Positions 52,112 through 64,000 of a stretch of 64,000 bases of DNA are shown piece after piece; the first letter of the stretch is position 1; each line of letters starts with the position of its first letter. The notes under the pieces are model-generated. The model did no database searches, had not been told where the DNA came from, and worked only from the letters and a program-made list of their open reading frames with translations. The stretch comes from Octopus vulgaris (taxonomy: Eukaryota), in the NCBI GenBank assembly GCA_951406725.2, contig OX597827.1, positions 44,888,001 to 44,952,000 on the forward strand, in the 5' to 3' direction. The translations under genes were made by a program, and so were the position numbers.

Positions 52112-52297
52112 TTGTGTCTGGGGAGAGTCATTTTCTTTTTGTGCCTTATTATTTAACACACTTACCGGAACTATTGAAAAGGTTGCAAGACGCAACGAAA
52201 ATTTTAGTACAATAAAAGTAAGAAAAAAGTGGAAATTTTACCGGTGAGTGTGTTACATTATAAGGCACAAAAAGAAAATAACTCTCCCCAGACACAA
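52112..52297. repeat. 57-bp inverted repeat enclosing a hammerhead-like motif
   Basis: Arms 52112-52168 and 52241-52297. The spacer contains ACTA TTGAAAA G GTTGC aagac GCAAC GAAA ATTT TAGT. Confidence 0.8.
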
Positions 52298-52750
52298 AAG
52301 TATATATATATGTATATTATAAATTTGGGATTTTACAAATAGGACCACAACTTCAATTTCAGAACAACCTTATTTTCTGGAGTACACATAGAAAGTTATA
52401 TCCTAAATACTAATATAATAATATTAGCATTTTAAAGCCTACTATAACATACAATAAAAATAAAGTACATTAGAATTAATTATAAATTATTTACTCTTTT
52501 ACTCTTTTACTTGTTTCAGTCATTTGACTGCGGCCATGCTGGAGCACCGCCTTTAGTTGAGCAAATCAACCCGGGACTTATTCTTTGTAAGCCCAGTACT
52601 TATTCTATCGGTCTCTTTTTTGCCGGACCGCTAAGTGACGGGGACGTAAACACACCAGCATCGGTTGTCAAGCAATGCTAGGGGGACAAACTAAAAAATA
52701 TATATAGCTTACTTGTTATTAGTCTGTGGGGAAAGAAGATAATATTAATC

Positions 52751-52835
52751 AACACTACACGTGTTTCAGCCCTGGTGGTTTGTTTTACCAGGCTATACCT
52801 AATACATAAATGCACCTGTGCATCCTCAGGCTATT
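52751..52835 (-). other. Hammerhead-like motif with enlarged stem II region
   Basis: Minus strand: AGC CTGAGGA ...AGCCTGGT-loop-ACCAGGGCT GAAAC ACGT GTA GTGTT. Stem III is palindromic; stem I is weak. Confidence 0.35.
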
Positions 52836-52918
52836 TTTCTCTTTTTATTATTATTATTATTAACAGATCCAATTTAATCCTACAAATTCTACAATATCTT
52901 CATTAAAAATAAAAATAA

Positions 52919-52952
<34 letters not shown>

Positions 52953-53073
52953 CTTCCTAATATTTTTTTTACAAAATTTAAAAGATTTTAAAAATTAGAA
53001 AATTTTTAAGAATTCATAAAAATTTTATAAAATAAAATTAAACGCCTAGAAATATAATAGCGATATGATGATG

Positions 53074-53112
<39 letters not shown>

Positions 53113-55657
53113 AGTGCTAAACAAAGAAACCCTCATCAGCTGTTTTATAAACACATTGAATTAAACCCCCTATCTATGTAAAAATTACGGGAAATTTATT
53201 GTGAAATTTACCCCTATCAATACTGGTATATATTACCATTGTTATGTGAAATGTAAGTTAATAATATTTAAACAGTAAAAACCTCCATATATGTTATAAA
53301 TTTATTGAATAAAACTAGTAAATGAAACTATTTTCCAAAATTAACAATATATATATATACACACACATATATGTATGTTTGTTCCTTCTCGAGCTCATTA
53401 GGGGCAGTTTCCTTGGCTTTGGTCAGCCTGAGGCTATAGTAGAAGACATTCACCCAAGGTTCCATGCAGTGGGACTGAACCCGGAACCAAGTGGTTGGGA
53501 AGCAAGCTTCTTACCACACAGCCACTCCTGCGCCTGTATATATATTTCTTTCAGTCTTTCTGTGATTGATGAAATATCTACCCCAGGGAGTATTGGGCTC
53601 ATTGTACAACATCAGTTGCACGCCTCTCTTGTTGTGATATATTTTCATGTTAACAGTCTGCACTGAAGACTAATAAGACACAGGTTGAAATTTCAACCTT
53701 TCAGTTTTCAGGCAAAAATATCTTCCCTCTGGAGATTATAAGAATCAAATTAATTTTGAGCAAGTTTACTCTTTTACTCTTTTACTTGATTCAGTCATCT
53801 GACTATGGCCATGCTGTAGCACCGTCTTTTTAGTCAAGCAAATCGACCCCAGGACTTATTAAACCTAGTACTTTTTCACATGCCTACGCCTACAAATAAT
53901 AAATATATAATAAACATTGTTTTGGTTCATATGCTTGCTCTATGCCAACATTTCTCGACCATTTTTCTCCCCTATGAACACCTTTGCTTCCTACTTTGCT
54001 CAAGTGAACCCTTATAGCCATCAAGTGTTTAAAATCATCATCATCATCATCAATTAACGTCTGCTTTCCATGCTAGCATGGTTTGGACGATTTGACTGAG
54101 GTCTGGCGAACCAGACTCCAATCTGATCTGGCAGAGTTTCTACAGCTGGATGCCCTTCCTAACACCAACCACTCCAAGAGTGTAGTGGGTGCTTTTACGT
54201 GCCACCGGCACAAGGGCCAGTTTGGTGGTACTGGCAACGGCTACGCCCAAATGGTGCTTTTTACGTGCCACCTGCACAGGAGCCAGTCCAGTAACATTGG
54301 CGATGACCTCGCTCGGACATTTCACATGCCACCAGCACAAATGCCAGTAAGGCAACATGGTAACAATCACGCTTGAATGGTGTGCCTAACGTACCATCAG
54401 CACGAAGGACAGCTTGTTGCTCTGGCAACAATCTCACTCGTATGGTACTCTTAGCGCTCCACTAGCAACGGATGCCAGATTTTTATAATTGAATATCATT
54501 AGGAATCATATCAAAAATTTGTTAAACTATTTTGTGAATGGAAGAGGTATAACCAATTTATTGCTCATAAACATTTAATAACAAAATCTTATATGGATTC
54601 TCGAGGCCCATAGGGACTCTTGTTGAGAACCACTGCTCTATGTTATGTTATATAATTCTTCTCATATACTAATTGCTGAATGAGCTCCACTAGATTATCT
54701 CTTTTGGATAGTGATTGATTGCATATTGTTTGGTACATCATCATCCTTGTCATTTGGCTTTGTCATTTTTATGTTTGCTTGTACTTTGCTGGCATGAGTT
54801 GGTTGAGAATTGTTGAGATAGTATTCCATAAATGGCTGCTCTAACTGTCACCAATCTTATTCACACCTTGTCATCTTAAAACAGGAGATGAGCACATGAA
54901 ATAATGCAGTTGGAGATACACTTTGTCTCAAAACACAAATTAAACAGAAGGTCATGGGTGGAACATTTTTGATCATTAGTTGCATGACTTATGGCTTTCC
55001 AGTTACTATCGAAATCTATCTCACCCACAAGAACAATTGCTGGTGTTAAAATTGTGATTGCAAAACACCTGTCACCAACGAAAAATTAATTGATTCTCTT
55101 TGGAAAATCCCAAAGATTTGTGGGTGATTGTTATCAACACTGCTATGAATTGCTATATGTAACCCTTTAGGGGTCAATATTAACCACTTTTGAAATATAA
55201 ATAAACAATGATATGTTGTGTAATTTAACTCTTTATATTAAATCAGCAGATCTCTAGAGTAACAGATCGCATATTCTGAATATTTGTTTTAGGACATACT
55301 CATAAGGAGACAACCAACTCTCAAGAGGGGTGTTTGACGAGCCACTGAGAGTGGTGGGAGGAAAGAAATAATCAGAGACCTGGCCTGATACAGATTGGAT
55401 TCTGCTGAAGGCATTTAAGTGGTGGTGGTGGTGGTGGTAATCATGTAAGCAATGAATTAAGTTTACCACCAACAACCACAGGCAATCCATAGTCCATCTA
55501 ATTCCTGCTCTCTATCCAATTTCCACTCTCAAGATTTGGGCCGGTCTCAAGGTATGGTAGGGGACACATATTGTGGGTGTGACTGAAGGGCATTGAAAAC
55601 CGAAGTACATGATTGTGTAGCAAACTTCTGCAGCATACACCCATGTCCACACTATTG

Positions 55658-55710
<53 letters not shown>

Positions 55711-55920
55711 TCCATATATTGTTTGTTTCAGTCATTGGACTGTGGCCATGTTTAGGTGTCACCTTGCAGGGTTTCTGTTAGCCATGTTGACCCTACTAGT
55801 TATTTTATAGTCTGGAGTACATTTCATTGGTTCTTGTTTGTTGACCCTTCAGGTAACAGGATATAAACAAAGAAACCATTTTTTTCCAAATAGGGCTAGT
55901 TTAAAGACAGACATAGAGAC

Positions 55921-55954
<34 letters not shown>

Positions 55955-55963
<9 letters not shown>

Positions 55964-56125
55964 CACACACTCACATACAAACCCATGCATACACACACAC
56001 ACACACTCACATACAAACCCATGCATACACACACACACACATACAAACCCATGCACACACACACACACATACAAACCCATGCACACACACACACACACAT
56101 ACAAACCCATGCACACACATACTTA
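55955..56125. repeat. Minisatellite derived from (CA)n: CATACAAACCCATG(CA)n, 5 units
   Basis: ATACAAACCCATGCA recurs five times. Confidence 0.9.
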
Positions 56126-56600
56126 CTCACACACACCAATGTAGAGTTGTGTGGTTAAGAAGTTTACTTCAGAGACATGTGGTTTGGTGGTCAGTGCTAC
56201 ATTGAGGCACCTGGAGCAGGTGTCTTCTATGTCACCTGACCAACCATAGTCTTGGGGGTAGGTTTGGTGAACAAAAACTGAAAGAAGCCCATCTTATGTG
56301 TGTATGGGTGGGTGTTGTGTGTATATGGGTGGGTGGGTGTTTCCTTGTCCTTGATATTATGCACAAACTTTAAACAAACCTCACCACCATCATGCAACCA
56401 TCAGCAGTCATCTGCAGTCTTTTGTGGGAACATCTCTGAACTTTGTAGTGTTTATGCTCAAAAGAGTAAGAAAAATATTTCCTTACTTTGAAACAGGTGG
56501 TAAGAAGATCATCTAGCTGTAGAAAAACTACCTCAACAAATCTCATCTGACTTATACGGGTACAGAAAACCGGACATTAAAGCAATGGCAATAACAATGA

Positions 56601-56631
<31 letters not shown>

Positions 56632-58499
56632 ACAGCATCAGGTCAAAAGTAACTCAGCTTGGGGAAATTCACAATACATATGTAAGTTAAAAGTGAGTTT
56701 CATTTGGTTTGGAAAAGCCCAATTCCTTTCTCATGTTCTCTCTGGATTTTTCAACAACTGCCCCCCCTCTCCCCATACATACACCTAATGCTGTTTTAGA
56801 GCAAGCCTTAGGAAATATATCTGCAAATTAGTATTTATGTATTTACGTATGTATATGTGTGTGTTTGTTCACATGAGTGCTTGAATGTGTGTGTTTGTGT
56901 TGTTGCTACACACACATACACACACACACACTTTTATGCATCTATGTATATATTCAGGCAGCGTATAGCATGCGATATTTTGCATGAACTTGTATGTGCT
57001 TGTGTGTGTGTGTATTATTGTGTTCATTTATTTGACATGCTTAAACCCCACCCCTCCACCATGCTGTCCCCACACTCCAAGATATACTGTCTCCCCTCAA
57101 CCTGCCCCTATCACCACCACCACCACCACCACCGGTATAAAATGTTTGAAATATTTATGAGTCATACATTTAATATTAGATCCCCCCCTCCTTTTTTGTA
57201 ATAATAATATTCTACCATCAGCCATAGATTAAATTTTCTCAAGAGCTTCCACCTTCCACCCCCTCTCCCGGCCTCTGTCTCTGCCCTTGCATCACACACG
57301 CTCACACACATACACACACACACACACACTCACCCCTTTCTTCACCTCTTTCCTATTTGTCCCTTCTCTCTGTTTCTCTGTCTGTCTCTCCCCCCCTCTC
57401 TCTCTCTCTCTGCATATACATCATCAAAGGTCATACAAGAAACTATAAGAACAACAAACAGCAAAATGTAGGGAAAAAAAAGTATGAACAACAACAACAA
57501 ATAATGTTAATAACAACAGCAACAACATTAATAAATAATAATGATGATGATGATGGTAATGATGATGATAATAAAATTTTTTTTAAAAATGCAAACAAAT
57601 CCCCCAACCACCCTTACCCCCACCCCTCACCTTGTCCTATCCCCTCACCACCTTCCACAGACTCCAAGAAGAAAACTTTGAAATCAGAGAGACAGAGAGA
57701 GAGAACAAGGAAAGAGAAAGTGATTTTCAAATTTTCTGTGGGGAGTATGTATGTTGATGTAGGGAGGGGGGTGTAATGGTGGTTCTGTATTTTTATGTTT
57801 GAAATAAAATTAGTTGTTGTTGTTGCTGTTTAGCCCCAGGCCTATCTTGTTTGAGCAAACCTATGATGCAAGTCATTCTATCCATGACCATCTCATCTCA
57901 TATTTCTATACATCAGGAACTATATTGCCCCAGTTTGTCTTCCTTTTTGAAAAACAGTTGTGTTTTGAGGATAGTTTGGCTACTGTTTCTATAATAAAAT
58001 TGGTTGTTGTTGCTGTTGTATAATTCCTGGCCAGCCCACATCAAGGACATCCCGACCATGCCCACCCTGTCTTTTCCTCCTTATGTGCAAGAAATCCGAG
58101 ATCCTGTTATCCAACGTGTCCTCTTCTAAGATTTTAGGGAGGTGATTTGAGGGATATTTGGATACCATTTTGAGAATGTCTATCAATCACTTAGAGGCTC
58201 CCTTCCTGATTTGGGAAAAAGAATTTGGTATCAGCAAGGGTTGGGAAGAGAGAATTTAAAGACTCTGTGTATACATATGTGTATGTTGATGTGTCTGTGT
58301 AAATGTGTGTGTGTTTGATGTGAAATTGATGGTAGCAGATGGTGTATGTATGCAAGAGAATAGGGAGGGGCATACAAAATGATGGGGGGGAGGGTGAAGA
58401 GGGGCATAAAATTTATATACCTGTATATGTTTTTTTTGACTATGTAGCTAGGTGCATCTGTTTTTGCACATGTGTGTGTGTGTATATATATATAGCTAA

Positions 58500-58534
<35 letters not shown>

Positions 58535-59038
58535 TTGATATACACATATATGCCTCCATGTGTGTCCATGTATATATAGTTATAAATACACACATATATG
58601 CCTCTGTGTGTGTGTGTATATGTGTGTGTATGTGTGTGCACAAAGGCACCCACCCACACATATGCATATACGCACATAATATAAACCAGTGCTAAACTCT
58701 GCTATAAGACCAGATTACCTAGAGAAATGTCTTCCTCTACCATTAATTACCAAGCATCACTGTTATTTCATCTAATCTTTCTTTTTTCCTTTACTTTATT
58801 TCCTTTCCTTATCAGTTTTTCTTTTATTGAACTTTATTTACTTCACTAACTCTCTGCAGTCTTCGGTTCAAAAACTCGGCACACTCACTTTCTTCTTTTC
58901 TTCTTTTTTTTTTTTTTTTGCTTACCCACCCCTACACTTTTTTCCCCAGTTTCTTCTTTGCAGTTTAGAGTTTTAGCCAGTCTTTTTTTTTTCCCCTCCT
59001 TTTTCAGATCTGTGTCCTACTGGCAAATTAATATATAA

Positions 59039-59087
<49 letters not shown>

Positions 59088-59239
59088 ATCATTACTACTT
59101 CTACTATTATTTTTAATAAAGCACTCCCTTGCAGTTTGTATTTTCCACATTTCTTCTCTATAACGTTGGTTTTTTTGGGCGCTCTTGTAATAAAAATAAA
59201 AATTAGATAATAATAACAGTATGAACAACAATTAGAAGA

Positions 59240-60155
59240 AGAATGATTTCAAATTTTGGCTCAGGGCTAGCAATTTTGGGGTGGTAAGTTGATTAGATGG
59301 AACCCCCACCCACCCCAGTGTTCAAGGAGTACTTATTTTATCAACCCGCCAAAAGGATGAAAATCGACTTAAGTGGAATCTTAACTCTGAATGTAAAGAC
59401 GGACGAAATACCATCAAGCATTTTGCCAGCTCACCATTTTAACATCAACAACAACAATAACAATCCTTTCTTACTATAGGCACAAGTCTATTTTGAAATT
59501 TTGCAGGAGGGGACTAGTTGATTATACCGACCCCCAATGTCTCACTGTTACTTAATTTATTGACACCCCCCTCAAAAGGATGAAAGGCAAAGTTGACCTC
59601 GCCAAAGTTTGAACTCAGAACGTAGTGACGGGCAAAATACCTCTAAGCATTTCGTTCAGTGTACTAATGATTCTGCCAGCTCACTGCCTTAACAATAATA
59701 ATAATGGTTATAACTTTTGGCACAAGGCCAATAGTTTTTAGAAGGCAGGAAATTAGTCCCATACATTGACTGGTACTTTATCTTATCAACTTTGAAAGGA
59801 TGAAAGGCAAAAACCAGCCTCAGTTAAGTTGGAATTCAGTGTGTAGAGAACCAGAAATACCTATTTCTTTACTACCCACAAGGGGCTAAACACAGAGGAC
59901 AAACAAGGACAGACAAATGGATCAAGTCAATTATATCGACCCCAGTGCGTAACTGGTACTTTATTTATCGACCCCGAAAGGATGAAAGGCAAAGTCGACC
60001 TTGGTGGAATTTGAACTCAGAACGTAACTGCAGATGAAATACGGCTACGCATTTTGCCTGGCATGCTAAAGGTTCTGCCGGCTCGCCACCTTAAAGAAGA
60101 AATACCACCAAACATTTGGTCTGACATGTTAACAATTCTGCTAGCTTGCTGCTCT
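59240..60155 (-). mobile_element. Array of old and young OK-like SINE copies
   Basis: Repeated AAGGATGAAAGGC bodies; the youngest lies at ~59862-60090. Confidence 0.8.
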
Positions 60156-60187
60156 AATAATAATAATAATAATAATAAAAAATAATC

Positions 60188-60530
60188 ACAAGAGCACTCA
60201 AAGAGCACAAACCTCTGCCAAGGCAACCTCAACATCCTCTTAACAATTCGTCAGAGATGATTTTTAAAATGAGAATATCTGAAATAAACTTGACTATTCT
60301 CACAAATGAGAATACTAAAACTTAGTAAAAAAAAGTGGAAAAATAATCCAGAATCCTTGTCCGGTACCAGATTGATCCAAAAATCTAATCAGTTTGTGCT
60401 AGTCACGAAGTCAAACATCCCTGAATGTTTCATCCAAATCCATCCAGCTGTTCTTGAGATATCTTGTCCATGGACAAACAACCAAACACAACTGAAAACA
60501 ATACCTCCACCTTTGCTAAGGCAGAGGTAA
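60188..60530 (+). mobile_element. Helentron/HINE-like non-autonomous element
   Basis: ACAAGAGCACTCA start and 3' hairpin TACCTCCACCTT-TGCT-AAGGCAGAGGTA; homologous to 44147-44502. Confidence 0.65.
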
Positions 60531-61377
60531 TAATGGTTTCAAATTTTGCTGCAAGGGCAGCCATTTTGGCAGAGGAGACGTGTCGATTACATTGACTCCA
60601 GTGTTTCACTGGCACTTGATTTATCAACTCCGAATTGATGAAAGCAAAGTCGACCCCAGCAGAATTTGAACAAATCTGGTGATAAAATGAAATTGACAAT
60701 CTTTGCTTCAGCATTGTATTTTAGAAGTGAACACTTCAGTGAAGATTTTCAGTTGCTCACTGTCACAAATAAAATTATTATAAAGATACATTTAAATATA
60801 TATTAAGGTAGATAGTATGTTGGTCAGTTAGTCAGTCTGGTTCACCTTGGTAATTTGCCTTTCATTTGTATATTAACAGCTTTCCTCCCTATGTTTATCT
60901 CCATTATGTCATTAACTTTTCCACACAAGCCAATGTCATTTCTCTGTCTTGTTTTTTAACACACATACTTATCGTCATTATTATCAATTTAGCATCCACT
61001 TTTTCATGCTTTCATGCACAAGATGAAACTCAAACTCAATTAAGCACATTTTTTGTGGCAGGATGCTGTTTCTTTCACCAACTCCCATCTGTCTCAAAGC
61101 TATGTAATATTTCCTTTAATCCTAGCCTTTCAAATACAAATGACTGAACAATATCTTCATAGAAGATTGCAGATGAATGACACTATCTTTTTTTGTTTTT
61201 GTTTTGAAGATGAACAGTGACTTTGTTTACAACCTGTGCACAAATGTCAAGACAAGAACACACACACACACAAACACAGAGGCACTGGTATGGCACTTTG
61301 GGCAAGTGTCTTCTACTAAAGCCCTGAATCCACCAAAACCTTGTGAGTGGATTTGGTAGACAGAAACTGAAAGAAGC

Positions 61378-61606
61378 CGGCGAGCTGGCAGAAATGTTAG
61401 CATGCCAGGCGAAATGCTTAGCGATATTTTGTCTGCCGTTACATTCTGAGTTCAAATTCCATCGAGGTTGACTTTGCCTTTCATCCTTTCGGGGTCGATT
61501 AAATAAGTACCAGTTACGCACTGGGGTCGATGTAATCAACTTAATTCACTTGTCTGTCTTTGTTTGTCCCCTCTGTGTTTAGCCCCTTGTGGGCAGTAAA
61601 GAAATA
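61378..61606 (+). mobile_element. OK-like SINE nested in an OR-like SINE, with imperfect TSD
   Basis: AGAAACTGAAAGAAGCC precedes it and AGAAACCAAAAGAAGCC follows it. Confidence 0.85.
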
Positions 61607-63064
61607 AGAAACCAAAAGAAGCCCATCATACATATGTATGTGTGTGTGTACATGTTTTGTATCTCCATCATTTGACATCATGATAGTGGCAAATGAGTAT
61701 CATGCAAGCTGTGTTATTTATTTTCAATATTCTGCAGAACACATCTGACAAATGCAGAAATATTAACCTTGCTTAAAACTATGTTTGGCAACAGGCAGGG
61801 CATCCAGTTGTAGATACATTCCATCTGATCCACAAAAGCATGGAAAAGTGGACATTAAAACGATGATTATGATGATACCCACACAATAGGCTTCCTAGCA
61901 ATTTCCATCTACCAAATTCACACTGAAAGCACTAGTATACTTGCAGCTATGATAGAAGACACCCAGGGCACTGTTCAGGGGAAATATATCCAAAACCACA
62001 TGGCTGCAAACCCACCTCACATAATTTACTGAAATAAACAATATTTGAAATTCTGTCAAAACAGGGTATTGGCTGAACACCTGTGAATTTTTATACCAGT
62101 CATATTCAGACCAAATATTCTACCTGTTTTATGTTTAAACTGACCACATCCAGTTCTCACATCTGCCCTACAGTGTCATTCTAAAAGTTACTAATCACAT
62201 CATTGAAATTTTGAAGCTGTGAGATAGTGCATGACTAACTCAAAACAATGTCAATAAATAAGCATTCCATTTGACTGAATAATCTGAATGCTAAAGGGTT
62301 AAAGCAAATATCTCATTTGTTATACAATCTCTGAGGATTTGATAATATAATCTGAGTGTAATGTAAAACCTTGGATAACTAATCTATTCATTAATGAAAT
62401 ACATGCACGCATGCATTGAATAAATGTATAAACTTATCTCCACTCTGTTTTTTTTCTCCATATGTCATACTCTTATGTGTGTGCGTATACACGCACACAT
62501 GTATGCTTGTACATATGTAGTGTATTTTTTGTGTGGTATATGTATTTCTAACTGAATCAGTCATACTACTTTTGCATCATGATTACAAACCTTAACCATT
62601 TTTCAAAAAATTTATTCTAAAAGCCATTACAGTTCTAAATACGATACAGCATGTTGTTGTTGTTGTTATTAGTGATGGTGTTCTTGTTAAATGTTATTGG
62701 TTGCTGTTCTTTGTTGAAAAAATCAAGTAAATATAAAATTAAAATTCAAAAGAGAGGAGAATGCGAATGAGAATGCCGTGCACAACCTGTCCCCTTCCCC
62801 CCTTTGAGAGGTATTAGATGTGGAAGTTGAAGATTGGAACTGGCAGCAGACAAGATTTATTATTATTATGGCCATGGAAGGCTTCTCTCTCTCTCCCTTT
62901 CTCTCACTCCTTCTCTCACTCTCTCTCTCTCATGGCAACCAAAACCTTGCTTTTCAAATTCCCTGTCTATTTGACAAAATATAAAATTTAAAAAAATAAA
63001 CAATATAACAAAAATATCACTTAAAAAAACATATTTCATCAAGGAAAATAAAACTTAAAATGAA

Positions 63065-63112
<48 letters not shown>

Positions 63113-64000
63113 CATTATCGTTTGTGAGAGCATCAACCAAAATTCTTTGCAGTATTTAGTCACATCATTTAAGGGGGGAAAAAAGAAGGAAAAAAGTGTT
63201 GGATTTAGAGTTTGAAATTGTTAGGGTGATAAACAAAATGCCTTGTGAAAATTAGCAGCAATATCACTTAGTATTCTGAGTTCAAATCATGCCAGAATTG
63301 ACTTCACATTCCAGCCTTCCAAACTTCATGAAATTATTGATTCATAAAATAGTGATTTTGTGCCTACGTTAGAAGCTATAATAAGGGTTAATGCATGGGC
63401 AGGTTATCAGTATTTGTTCTGGGTTTTTACATTGAGTTCAAGATCAGCTTTACACTGAATCCTTGCTGGTTTGATAAAATAGAATACCAGTCAAGCACTG
63501 TAGTAGCAGTAGTAGTATTAATGGTGGTGGTAATAGTATAGGGAAATGCACTCTAACAGTGTGTTGCTGTATCAATTTTTTTAAAATTCCCTACTCTTGG
63601 CAAGGGGCACCTTTGTACCACTCAGGTGGTAACCCCCCAGCTCATGGGTCTGTTTTGGGTAGTTATTTTTGATGAAGGTTTTACAAGGTCAGAGTGCAAG
63701 TCCTACCTCCACTTCTTTTATGACATGCAGAGGAAATACTAGGTCTGTTCTTTGACACACCTGTCCCCACTCAGTTTTGGGATCAGTATAATCCACCGTT
63801 ATCCTCCTCCAAAACTCCAAACATTATGCTTGTTAAAAACAATTATACAGTGGTTGTGAACTGGCAGAATTGTTAGAATGTAGGGTAGAATGCCTTGTGG
63901 TGTTTCTTCGAGATCAAGCATGGGTGAGCTTTATAAAGAAGCAGATCTCATGAGCCATGGCTTGTCTTCCATCAGGTGAGCCATAGTACTTAAACTTCAA

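Overview
This is repeat-dense, AT-rich eukaryotic non-coding DNA. It is most likely intronic or intergenic sequence from an octopus (coleoid cephalopod), inferred from the tRNA-derived SINEs resembling the octopus OK/OR1/OR2 families and the extreme (TA)n/(CA)n/(ATT)n/(CT)n microsatellite load. Almost all ORFs in the track are microsatellite or SINE artefacts. Supported features: several SINE families, piggyBac-like (TTAA) and hAT (8-bp TSD) MITEs, two Helentron/HINE-like elements, a dead mariner transposase, a CR1-like LINE relic and two minisatellites. No host gene is confidently recognisable; there is only a weak chain of candidate short exons at 1-13 kb. The most interesting signal is a set of short, mostly palindromic elements, often next to (TA)n tracts, carrying minimal type-I hammerhead-ribozyme-like cores with palindromic stem III, as known from Penelope-like elements. 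One of them is a head-to-head dimer of a tRNA-derived head plus a hammerhead-like tail, a candidate non-autonomous Penelope-dependent retroelement. Coordinates were counted by hand and may be off by a few bases.
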